64,000 bases of DNA, from assembly GCF_006345805.1 (NCBI RefSeq), contig NC_042999.1, positions 105,276,001 through 105,340,000 of the forward strand, in the 5' to 3' direction. Source of the DNA: Octopus sinensis. Taxonomy: Eukaryota. Positions within the stretch are counted from its first letter, which is position 1. Every line of letters begins with the position of its first letter. Below are positions 51,987 through 64,000 of this stretch, piece by piece. A program made the translations under genes and the position numbers. The notes under the pieces were generated by a model, which saw only the letters and a program-made list of their open reading frames with translations, was not told where the DNA came from and did not search any database.

Positions 51987-54863
51987 TTAAAATCCTTAAA
52001 ATCCTTTAAAATGTTTTAGCCCGAAGGCCGCGGCCATGCTGGGGCACCACCGCTGAATGAGCTACACTAGTTTGTGAATCCACCTCTGATACGTGGCACT
52101 TGATCAACAAGGGAGTTCGATGCTGCTGCCCGCATCCGTGTCTCCTGTCGTGAGGTAGGTTCATCTGGGACTCCCAACAAGAAGAGATCCAGTTTAGTTT
52201 TAAAGAAACCCACATCCACACCATGTAAGTCTCTCAGGCATTTAGGGAGGATGTTAAAGAGCTGTGGTCCTCTGAAACCCAGCTGTTGCAGTATCTGGAC
52301 CTGTATTTTGATGGTGATGTTGGAATCCTTGGCCACCACGCAGCGGCGCCCCGTTCTGCGGTTGGAGTAACTTTGAATGCCAAAGTTTGGGACAAGACCC
52401 TCCAGGATTTTCCAGATGTATATCACTGCATATCTCTCCCGCCTCCGCTCCAGGGAGAAGAGGTTTAATACCTTCAGTCTTTCCCAGTAGCTGACATTTT
52501 GCATTGAGACGATTTTCTTTGTGTAGCTTCTCTGAGTTGCTTCGAGTTCTGTTGTTTGTTTTTATATGTGTGGTGACCAAAGTTGGGAGCAGTAGTCCAA
52601 GCGGCTGAGGACAAATGTTTTCCATAGGACCATCAGTGTCTCCTTCTCTCTTGTTCTGAAAGTTCGGAGAATCCATCCAGCTAGCCGTCTGCATTTTATC
52701 ACCAGATTAGCAATATGTATTTGGAAAGATGCATCATTGCTCATGTCAATGCCCAGGTCACGCACTGATTTTGACTCAGGGATTGCAATTCTTCCTGGGC
52801 CAGTGTATCCAGTCTTCACGTCATTTACCTTTGTGTGCCAGTAGCGCAGGGCCTGGAACTTACCTGCATTAAACTGCATGTTGTTGTCCTCAGCCCACCT
52901 GTATATTGTGTCCAGCTCATGTTGCAGATGCGCAATATTTTCAGGGTTTTGTATTGCGTGGGAGACTTTTGTGTCATCTGCATAGCTAGCAAGGGTGGTC
53001 ATCGTAGCAACTGAAGGCATGTCTGAAAGGGCCACTATGAACATCAGTGGCCCCAAGACAGTGCCCTGTGGGACACCGCTTGTTATTGCGTTTCCCTGGG
53101 GTGGCTCCATTGCTCACAACTGCCTGTTTTCTGTCTTTTAGGAAGTTGTGCAGCCACTCTCCAAGTTTCCCGCCTATGCCGAGACCACGCAGTTTGTGAC
53201 AGATCATACCATGTCGACTTTATCAAAGGCTTTTGCAAAGTCAAGATATATTACATCCACATTTGAGCCATTTAGTAGCTGTTTCAACACCCAGTCATAG
53301 TGTTGCAGGAGCTGTGTTAGGCAGCCTCTACCTGGTCGAAATCCATGCTGGGTGTCAGACAGTAAGTCATTTTCTTCAAGGAACATGATTAGTTTCTTAC
53401 GGACTATTCGTTCCATGACTTTGCTGATGTGTGAGGTCAGAGAGATAGGCCTATAATTTTTAGCATCTGCTCTGCTACCTCCCTTATGGATAGGGCATAT
53501 TACCCCCTCTTTCAGTTTGACTGGGAGCTTACCACTTGCAAGAAAGCTCTGAAAAAGAAGCTGTAGCGGTTTTGCAAGGGCTCGTTTGCACGATTTGAGA
53601 AGGATCGCTGGGAATCCATCAGGTCCAGCAGCTGAGTTTGTGTCAATCTCATCAATGGCTAGTGTGATATCATCTTCTTCGATGTTGATGTACTCAATTT
53701 TTGTCTCTTTGGTCGCTGGTAAAGTGGCAAAGAATTCTTCTGGTTTGTTTACTTGCCTTGTGTCCTAGAGGTGTAGTGAACACACTTTGGAACTGTTCAT
53801 TCAGTATTTCACTTATCCTCGTGGGATTTCCTGTGAGAGAGCCATCTTTTTGGAAGAGAGGTCCTATTCTCTGGTGCACTGTGGCTGTCTCTTTGGCAAA
53901 CTTAAAGAAAGCTTTAGGGTTTGATTTTATATTTTCTATTACCCAAGCTTCTTTATCTGCTCTCTCCTTTTCATGGGACTGATGTAGACTTTTCTCAGTT
54001 TCCATTAGCATTCTTTCGAGCCGAGACTTCTCACCACTTTTGGTGTGCTTGCTCAGGCGGTTTGCAATCCTTGTCCGTCGTCTCATAAGAATCCTCCTTC
54101 TCTAGGGATCCTGTTTTTTTTTCTTGTGTGTGCTGGCCCTGCACATTGGGACATATTTGTCACATATGGCTTGTATTATGGACATGAAGTGTTTGTGTTT
54201 CATGTTTATGTCCGGTGTGGAGAGACATTCAGGCCAATCCTGTTTGAGGATCTCTTTCTCAATCGACTTCCAGTTGGCTTTATGAAAGTTTAAGTTGGAG
54301 AGATGGTGGGTGCTTCGTATAGGCTGTGTGTCTGCGGGGGCTTTTGTTCCATACATAGACAGCTCTATTATGTTGTGATCCGAGATCATTGTCGGCATCA
54401 CATTAACATTATGGATAATATCCATATTGTTTGTAAAGCAGAGATCCAGTATATTATCTGCCCTTGTTGGTTGCAGAACTATTTGCTCCATGAAAGAGGT
54501 ATTTGTGAGATGGAGCAGGGACTCCACCTGTGCCTGCTGATGGTGTGTCATCCCTGGGAGCATCTGCCCCCCAGGCCATTCCACATTGGGGAGGTTAAAG
54601 TCACCTGAAGAATACACTGTTGTGCTGTTCAAGGTTGGTGAGGACTCCTCCTATTTTTGTTAGGCAGTCTTCAAACATGCCTGAGTGTTTTGGGGCGTCT
54701 GGTGGGCGATATGTAGTGCATATGACGATATTCAGTTGTCTTATGTGTACAATTTGAGTTTCACATACTGAGTTTGAATATGACAGCAGGACCTGGGGCG
54801 TGAGGTCATCTCGGATGTACATTGCAACTCCACCATGGCTCCTCCCTTTTCTATCTGTGCGTA
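51985..54863 (-). mobile_element. 5'-truncated copy of the CR1-like LINE (part of EN, RT and 3' tail)
   Basis: About 99% identical by eye to 18429-21305. It ends in an ATTT(T)AAGG-type tail, is truncated at GTGCGTA, and sits between TA repeats. Confidence 0.97.
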
Positions 54864-54879
54864 TATATATATATAAATA

Positions 54880-54977
54880 TATATATACACATAAATATTA
54901 TACATAATATATCGACCGGTTTCGCTATTCATGATATTATGTTGTTTAGTTTTTGAATATATCATTTTTCTTAAGAA
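54880..54977. repeat. Inverted copy of 51808-51905
   Basis: TATACACATAAATATTATACATAATATATCGACCGGTTTCGCTATTCATGATATT is the reverse complement of the left arm. Confidence 0.85.
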
Positions 54978-54982
54978 AAATT

Positions 54983-55025
<43 letters not shown>

Positions 55026-55041
55026 ATGGTATATATATATT

Positions 55042-55100
<59 letters not shown>

Positions 55101-55259
55101 TATACATATGTATACATATGAATGATAAGTATATAATATATTGTGTATAATTGAATTTTAATATTATTGGTGAATTGAAATTTTTGCTACTAAGGTATCG
55201 TTAAACTTTTGATAATCTGCTACAAGATTATTCATCTTTCTATTTCACATATATATGTG

Positions 55260-55298
<39 letters not shown>

Positions 55299-55326
55299 CG
55301 TATACATATATACATATATTTACATA

Positions 55327-56082
55327 CGAGATCTGATCAATAAGTATCCGGACTGTTGTCATAGTAACGAAGCTAAAGCATGCAGAGCAAAGCTGCTTGG
55401 AACGGATGTGTGTAGAATGTGATGGTCCCATTGATCACGACAATGAAAGTTGTCATGACGGTACTTGCTCAGAGGCCTATACAAATTTGCAGAAAGTGTA
55501 TGGGGAGGAGTTTATAAGCTGCACACAAATGTACGAGGGATTCACATTTTTCCAATATGGCCGAATAAATGTCGATATTGATGAACTGAAAAAAACATCG
55601 CAGATGTGCCTGCAACTGTGGAAGGAAATGGTTGAATCACCATCCGTGAGTTATCAGATGTGCAGGCTAGTTACAGTTCGGTTCAGTCTATTATCACTGA
55701 AGAGTTAGGTATGATACTCGTAACTTCCAAGTTTCTGCCAAAATTGCTTTCAGCTAACCAAAGAGACACTCGGTTTTAGCTGCACAGAACGATGAAAACT
55801 TTTTGAAAATTTACGTAGGCCACTGAACAGGTATCACCAAGCTTGGCAAAATTTAATGCCAATTCTTTCTTCAACTTCCTCTGTCATTGTCAATGCGATG
55901 ATCATCTGCTAGACACCTTCCTTCCAAGCACTGCTGTAAACAGCAGAAGTGAGGTAGAGCATTAAAACTTAGTGCGAACGCACAGTGAAGTTCAGGTTCA
56001 ATTTGTGCCAAGCAAATTTAGTGTGCGTGCTTTTAGGACCGTTACTATGGCAACAATCCGGATACTTACTGATCAGACTACG
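55327..56082 (+). mobile_element. Internally deleted mariner element with both TIRs and a TA duplication
   Basis: TA-CGAGATCTGATCAATAAGTATCCGGACTGTTGTCATAGTAACG ... CGTTACTATGGCAACAATCCGGATACTTACTGATCAGACTACG-TA. It retains the HTH region (EAYTNLQKVYGEE, KFLPKLLS) but no catalytic domain. Confidence 0.88.
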
Positions 56083-56668
56083 TATGATTTCATTTATTAC
56101 TTTTGATCTGTAATTTGGATACAGCACGTCTATCAAAATATGGGGACGATCATCATAAAAAGAAAACAAGAACCATCTACTATAACCTGTTTATGTGTAG
56201 ATAACAGCCTAAACGAAGAATATAAACCATATAAATATTATTCTCAAATATATATGCATATGAAATATGAAAAGTTAATTGAAACATTTCACATTACTAC
56301 AACATTTAAAGTTTTCAATTGCATTAGCAACATTAGCTTTCTTGTTATGCTTAAATGAAGCTATTTTAGCATACATATATTCCAGATTTCTTCGTAATTA
56401 CCAAGATGCTAAATAATTATCACAAACTGAAAATGTCAGTCATTCTGATAGCACGCATTACATGTGGATGGAAATGGAAACCTATACTGTCAGATGAATC
56501 ACTGGCGGGAGATTTTGCAGCAAATATTAGCAAAATACTGATCAATTTTCTGTTAGTCTTGTTGGTTTGCACTGAAAATCAACACATTCTCAAAGAATGC
56601 TTGTAAATCCCCACATTTTAACTCAGGTAACTTACATAATGATGAAACAAAGCGAACACTAATATTTG

Positions 56669-56713
<45 letters not shown>

Positions 56714-57750
56714 GTATATATATATATATATATATGCGTGTGTGTGTATGTATGTGTATGTGTGTGTGTGTGTAAATATATATATGCATAGAAACGCACA
56801 CATATCATGGAGAAACGAGAAAATAAAACATAGTAAATTCAAGGAAGTTCATCACTTACAAATACAATTGTCGAGAACTGCTGATGATTTATATTGATAT
56901 GTCTTTGTTTGTGGTAGATGTATGAATTAAAGAACATATAAATCTTATCTCAAACAATCTGAACAAATTAGCCAGTAACAAATGGGGTATTATAGATAAG
57001 ATAATACCAGTAACAACAATATTTTTATAATAGTCTTTCCTCTGATTCTTATCTACTATTGTCTGGGTTTCTTTTTGCTATTCCTCTACATTTGCTTACT
57101 TTTTGTTAATGTTGTCATTAAATTCATAATAAGATGACTGCTATATCAGAGTAATCTAAATAGCTTTCTTAGCAATCAATAGTTTCGTGTTTTTTGCCCA
57201 TATAACGTAAACAAAAGTTAGAGAAAAACTTTATGGTCAGCTTACTGAGCAGATATCAAATCATATTTATTAATCCTTTGTTTTAGTCGGATTAGAGGCA
57301 GTAATCCTGAAAATACAGAACTATGCAAGAGAAGTCGGTTTTCCAGGGCAAATATATTGTTCTTAAAATTAGAAAATGTGTTTTCATTTGTGATATTTAA
57401 ACACCATCCGTTGGTGGACCTGCTATTCTGAAATTCAGGGGTTTTGGCGAGTAAAGAACTGTCGCTTTGTCAACACCATTCCTAGGGACGCTCTACCCAC
57501 TAGGCTTCTAGCAACTTCTAAGTTCCAGAAATTGTAGAAGTTGGTCCAGGAGACATAGCACGCATGAATGGGGAAAGTGTTGTTACCTAAACATGTGTTA
57601 AAAAGCAACAGAAAGTCCCTGCTCTATATTTCTCGAGAAAAATCGAGAATCGTCAGATTCTGGATCTATGATCAATCTTTTCGGGCGTCTGGAAGCATAG
57701 CGCATGCAAGAGAAAGAGAGTGCGTGTGAGAGAAATATAGAGAAAGAGGG

Positions 57751-57809
<59 letters not shown>

Positions 57810-58519
57810 CTATCTTTTATCAACATAAACTATGGGAAGACTGATATGAGTGCATTAGAAATAATTTGCTGACTCTGGAATAGAACATTTGAAGCGTATA
57901 TAGATGCGAAAAATCTTGTTAATGTTACGGGCAAAAACTTCTTGACCGCTTAGTATTATGCCTGGATAGCAACATTGAATGTATAAAATTTGTCACAATC
58001 ACAGTTGTGGTTGTTAGTAGCCACAATGAAGTGATGGCCATCATAATGATGACTTAACAGAAATAATAAATTGCAGAATGAAATTTATTGTGTGCCACTA
58101 CTATGTCGAAACTAATAGATGCTAATATAATTACAGTTTCTGCATGTGATAAAATACGTCACTGAAATATAGGAAATATGTTAGAAAATTTAAGTGAGAA
58201 TAAATCATCTCAAAATGCTTTTACTTTTACCAGAGTTGTACCAAAACGCTTTATTATTATTGCGTAAGAAAGCAATGTATGCCATCAAAGTGAAACTGGG
58301 ATACAAATATACGAAGTCCAATCATGATAACCCGTCTGAGAAGGATACACCAAATACATGCATCACGACCATATGTGCGCGACACAGCGATGCCATATCA
58401 AGATCACCAGCACTTGACTTTGCAGGGGGAGGCTCATTTAGAATTTTTTTCTTCATATCAAGCAGCTAATTCTTCTCAGAAGGTCCATGAATAAGGTTTG
58501 TTTGAGGATGATGAATGAA

Positions 58520-58790
58520 ACACCTATGTTTCCAGAGGTGAATTATGCAAACCCCAAATAATTCCTCTCAACACCTGGCTATAATGCTCCCCCACTATTC
58601 CTACTCATGATCAGTGATGAGCATATCATCAGCATCTAAGGGACAGGCTCAACAGATTAAGGGTAAATTGAGCAGAATATTTGCTGTAGCAGCCCATGTT
58701 ACCAGAGGTGAATTATTCAAACCCCAAAGAATCCCCGTCAACACATGGCCATGATGCTCCCCCACTACTTCTGCTCATGATCCTGTACCA
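58520..58790. repeat. Direct repeat with 170-bp period (about 1.5 copies), probably a retroelement fragment
   Basis: CCAGAGGTGAATTAT..GATGCTCCCCCACTA..CTCATGATC at 58532 and 58702. Confidence 0.7.
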
Positions 58791-59164
58791 TTGGAAAGTC
58801 AACACAATTTAGATTAAATAAAGAAACATACTTCATTGAAAAATATAAGCCAAAACCTAACCATTTCTAACATTTTTAAATAAGGAAACTCACCTCATTG
58901 AAAAAAACATATAAACGAAATACTAACCACTTGTAACATTCTATTACTTCTAAACCAAATCATGTCAAATTAATAAAACCTAGTCATTCCCAACATTTTT
59001 ATTATCTCCATTATACCGGAAAAATATCTGATTATCTTACCCTGTCTGGAACTCCATATTTCACAACATGGCAAAGACATGACACAATATAGGTAAAGGA
59101 ATTTGAGAAATTTTAAAAGAAAATACGAAACCGGTTATTTCTCCCAAAACAATGTTACTATCTT

Positions 59165-59512
<348 letters not shown>

Positions 59513-60000
59513 CGCAAAATTTTATAATATTTTTCTAACATAAAGATTTAGATATATTTTAACCATATAACACAAGCCTTCTGTATACTCTTTCACTCTA
59601 TTTTGTCTTTTATATATCCAACTACGTGCCTTCACATACCAACTCTCTCACCTATATGTGTGTGTGTGTGTGTGCGCGTGTGTTTGTGTACGTGTGCGCA
59701 CGTGTGTGCGGTGTGTGTGTACACACGCACACATATACTGTAACGGAATTTCATGTTATCAATACTGTTACCTTGATTTAAATTGTCTCTTCAACATTCA
59801 TCTATTCCTTTGCGCACTTACTGTTTAAAAAGCCTTAATTAAAATTCCCCAGTTAACTCTTATGATATTTTAAATTTTTATCTATTCCTCTCCAATTACC
59901 AGTCCGAATTATATTTTTGTTTTACCCTTGATTTTAAATGTAATTTTAATTCAAATGATAAAACGTAGTGGAGTTAAATTTTTTATGTCACATTTTAGAG

Positions 60001-60321
60001 CAGTGGTTCCCAACCTGTATTCCGTGGCCCTCTGGTTGTTCCCAAATGTAGTACTGAGAGTCCGTGAACCAAATTCAAAATTTCATACGTATATATATGT
60101 ATTATGTATCTGTTTTACTGTGTTACTTGTTTCAGTCATTTGACTGTGGCCATGCTAGAGCACCACCTGTAGTCAAGCAAATTGATCCCAGGAATTATTC
60201 TTTGTAAGTGTAGTACTTATTCTATCGGTGTTAAGTTACGGGGACGTAAACACACCAGCATCGGTTGCCAAGCTATGTTGGGGGGACAAACACAGACACA
60301 TAAACATATACACACACATAC

Positions 60322-60388
<67 letters not shown>

Positions 60389-60550
60389 GGCGGGTTTATT
60401 TCAGTTTCCGTCTACCAAATCCACTCTCAAGGGCTTTGGTCGGCCCGAGGCTATAGTAGAAGACACTTGCCCAAGGTGCTACTCAGTGGGACTGAACCCG
60501 GAACCATGTGGTTGGTAAGCAAGCTACTTAACACACAGCCACTCCTACGC

Positions 60551-60604
<54 letters not shown>

Positions 60605-60718
60605 CACACATATATTCTATATATATATATTCACACACATAAGGATAAGGATATTAAAAGATTTCCGTGGAAAACTCATTTAAATAAAAGGATCCAGAAC
60701 CGCTGTTGGGAACCACTA
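60001..60718. mobile_element. hAT (Charlie-like) MITE containing a nested SINE
   Basis: CAGTGGTTCCCAAC (60001) and GTTGGGAACCACTA (60705-60718) match 13/14. No 8-bp TSD was found, and a second right-end-like motif lies at about 60727-60740. Confidence 0.55.
60113..60550 (-). mobile_element. SINE family 1, full-length
   Basis: tRNA-like head (GTGGCTGTGTG..GGTTCAGTCCC), internal microsatellite, central GATAGAATAAGTAC domain and a LINE-like 3' tail. Confidence 0.9.
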
Positions 60719-61959
60719 TGAAAAGATTGGGAACCACTTAGCAGGCACAGAAGCCTTTGAAGAAATGTCTAAAATAAATAGATAATTGAACAAGGAGATA
60801 GTTCTAGTTCATATTTCTTCTTTTTGACTGTAGTGTATGTTGTTACTTTTACTTCCACATTTTAAACAGTGACATATAATTATATAGAACGTATTCGTGC
60901 ACGAATTTCATTCTGGTTGATATTCTGCAAAAAGATGGCTTCATTCAGATAAGTGTCAAAACGGCTTTCTACTCTGATGTAAATTCGACTTTGCAAAGAT
61001 CATACGTAAACCCAATACTGAATACATTTCTCGCTACGTTAAAGGTTGCAAAATGCGAAAAAATATAATTAAATATTATATGCCTCACTTTACATATATC
61101 TAAATACAGCGAAAAAACATTGACACAACGATAATATTGATCATAGCACATTTAATATTTTTAAAACTAATTTTTGAAAAATATTTGCAAACATCTTGCT
61201 TCGCATAACTCTAGCATAGGCGGGGCAAATGACCTCTACAATCAGAGCAGGTCGTAACGTTTCGCAACTCCTTTGATAATTTTCGAAGACAAATATCTTT
61301 AAGAATATGAACGAATTCTAAATTAGGCCTCAATCCTTTATTTCAAAACATTAAATAGAAATCATACCTAATTTCAAATTTGAAATCACGGTGATAATCA
61401 TAAAGTATAAAATTGTGTATCTAGTCTGGTTCAGAATAATTATATTCTTAAAACTTGAGCCTTTGATACTCAGTTTTCTATCATATGAAAACATATATTC
61501 ACTTGTATATCCTCATAAGAGAGAAAAGTATCACCAGAAATCTTGAAGATGTACATAATAAGATAAATATTGCACAATCAAGAAGCAAATACAAATGGTG
61601 TTTTTCGTGCTGTGTTGAGTTGTAAGAGATGATTTGCCTTTTACTTGCTGCTCAAAATGTTATCTTCCATCCTGCCCCATACATCTGGAAGTCATGTTAA
61701 ACTATAGTCACAGATCATAGAATTAATAGATTGAAACATAATATGTTTTGGCCAAGGATACGATAAATTGAAGTAATGTTGATGCAATGTAAACTGCAAG
61801 TGGTTTAATGAATAGGAGAGACAAAAACTGAAATTGCACAGTTATTAATCACAACGAAATCATTTAATTTCGAACATTTCATAAATATTTATTGTTCCCA
61901 CTATGCATACTAAAACCAATTGAGGAGGACTATAATTACTGTAATTTTCTATTCTTTGT

Positions 61960-64000
61960 CAGGTCTCCGCTTGGAGCTACTGGTAACATGTAACCCAGTA
62001 CAACCTATTACATGGTCGGGTCGCTGGCGATTAAACTGGCAACCCCACCAAGATTTCTTGGTGAGGAGGGTGAGTTGGACACCCAGCAGGACTAAAAACA
62101 AAACCTGTCAAAGGGCAGAGGAACTCTCTCATGAGTCAATGGCCATCCAAAAACCTACATAAATCCGGAGTGGAGCCCCTAAGGCGTTTGGATTGCGCCA
62201 TGCGTGCCACCTTCTGGCAGCTCCTGCATCCTGGTCTACCCCCAGCCGTCTTGATTTTGTCTTGCCACTGGATCCGGCGCACCAGGACGAGAGAGTGAGA
62301 CTGATCCTGCGCAAGTCACCTTCACTATAATCCAAGTCACGCGCACGTCATGACATCATGACACCAACATCACAAAGTCCTGTGGCGATGGGGAAACGGC
62401 TGCAGTCGTGAACCCACACACAGGCGGCTCAGGACATGTGGTCGCCCCTCACTGAACTGAGGCAGCAGTGGAGTCCAGCAGCCTCCTGAGTGACCGAGCA
62501 GCCCTCTTCAGGATCGCTCTGCTCGCCTCCGCAGCATGAGGACGGGGCTAGAAAAGGTTGCCCTAAACATAGCCTGCCTCACCTCACCCTGGTCAGCAAA
62601 TCGTGGCTGGCGGGGATACTTTCTAAGCGGTCGAAACAAAGAAAGAAAACGAACAAAGGTGCTCACTTTCGCAACTTGGAACGTGAGAACTCTGCTTGAC
62701 AACACCAAAGCGGACAGACAAGAGACACGAACAGCCCTGGTGGCCAGAGAACTGAGCCGATACAATGTCGATATCGCAGCACTGAGCGAGACCCGCCTTG
62801 CGGACAAAGGCCAGCTGACAGAGACAGGCGGCGGCTACACTTTCTTTTGGATTGGTCGCAGCAGCGAAGAGCGTCGTGAGGCTGGTGTTGGTTTTGCCAT
62901 CAAGTCAGTACACGTGCGGAAACTGGAAAGCTCCCCCGAGGGTATCAACGATCGGCTAATGAAGATGCAGCTCCCACTTGGAAACAAGACTATTGCGACC
63001 ATCATCAGCGCTTACACCCCCACCATGACCAACCCTGAAGAAGTTAAGGACAGGTTCTATGAGGAACTCGACTCCCTCATCACGTCAGCCCAGCCTGGGA
63101 AGCTCATCCTCCTTGGGGACTTTAACGCCCGTATCGGGACTGACCACCAAGCCTGGCATCGCGTACTGGGAAAGCACGGAAAGTGCAACAACAACGGGCA
63201 GCTCCTCCTCCGGGCGTGCGCCTCTCATGATCTTACCATCGCCAACACCTTGTTCCGTCTGCCAACACGCAACAAGACATGGATGCATCCACGCTCCAAA
63301 CACTGGCATCTGATAGATTACGTCATCGTCAAGGCGAAAGACAGGCAGGACGTGAGACAGGTCAAAGCCATGTGTGGAGCCGATTCCTGGACGGACCATC
63401 GCCTCATCATCTCCAGGATGGATTTCTACATCTAACCTAAGAGAAGACCACAGAAAGTGACGAGGAAGCTTAACATCACGAAATTAAAGAACCAGCTGAC
63501 TGCACAAGATCTCCAGTCACGTATGGACAGCAAGCTGTTGGACGTTCGGAATGACCAGTCCAGCATCGATGAGCAGTAGGAATCATTCAGGGACACGGTT
63601 CATTCCTGCTCAGCTCCGATGGAACCTCACTCCTGACTAACAAGAGGCTGATCCTGGAGAGATGGGCGGAGCATTTCAACATCGTGCTCAACCGACCAGC
63701 CGAGATCAACGAGGAAGCCATCGCACGACACCCCCAGGTGCCGACAAACCACGACCTGGCTGTTCCCCCCGCAGAGCCATTAAAAAATGTCCACCGGCAA
63801 AGCTCCAGGCTCTGACGCCATCCCTGCAGAGGTGTTCAAGTCGGGCGGCTTAACCATGATGAGTCAGCTCACCAGCCTGTTCCAGTCGATGTGGGACAAG
63901 GAACAACTCCCTCAAGATTTCCGGGACGCAACAATCGTCCACATTTATAAGCGGAAAGGAGATCGGCAGTCCTGCGAGAACTACCAAGGAATCTCCCTCT
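61960..64000 (+). mobile_element. RTE (BovB-like) LINE, 5' part, degenerate and running off the window
   Basis: ORF 62536-63435 has TWNVRTL, ALSETRL, GVGFAI, SAYTPT, LGDFNARIG, WHLIDYV and TDHRL. After stops and an internal deletion at about 63610 come RWAEHF, GKAPGSDAIPAEVFK and NYQGISL. Confidence 0.93.
62536..63435 (+). pseudogene. RTE ORF, APE endonuclease portion, ending at a premature stop
   Basis: Complete set of APE motifs; the homologous frame continues past the TAA as PKRRPQ. Confidence 0.88.

Noticed and set aside
58515-58635. CTGATGA ... GAAAC on the minus strand, resembling an HHR
   Set aside because: Stem I cannot be formed and the spacer is about 95 nt with no clear stem II.
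61955-62110. Possible HDV-like ribozyme in the RTE 5' UTR, as known for some RTE elements
   Set aside because: Only simple hairpins were found, and I could not build the nested double pseudoknot by hand. An RNArobo or Infernal HDV search would settle it.

Overview
This is AT-rich eukaryotic DNA saturated with microsatellites and transposable elements. The SINE, Penelope and LINE content resembles an octopod cephalopod genome (inferred from recalled repeats, not a database search). I could not support any host protein-coding gene, tRNA, rRNA or CRISPR array, and most short ORFs in the track are translated microsatellites. Recognisable elements: a near-intact 5.6-kb CR1/Jockey-group LINE (18429-24055, minus) plus a ~99% identical 5'-truncated copy (51985-54863) and two old relatives; three RTE LINE fragments; three Penelope-like (PLE) fragments; a Helitron helicase remnant; three mariner derivatives; piggyBac-type, hAT-type and foldback MITEs; and two tRNA-derived SINE families. 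The main unexpected signal is a set of type I hammerhead ribozyme (HHR) motifs, folded by hand, in at least five unrelated repeat families. They include a 403/404-bp tandem array that starts at the predicted cleavage site, a tRNA-headed SINE-like element carrying an HHR, and outward-facing HHR inverted repeats bracketing the LINE host element. The full-length LINE also shows a probable spliceosomal intron in its 5' UTR, an ORF1 with Myb/SANT-like and CCCH motifs, and a 3' stem-loop shared with a local SINE family.
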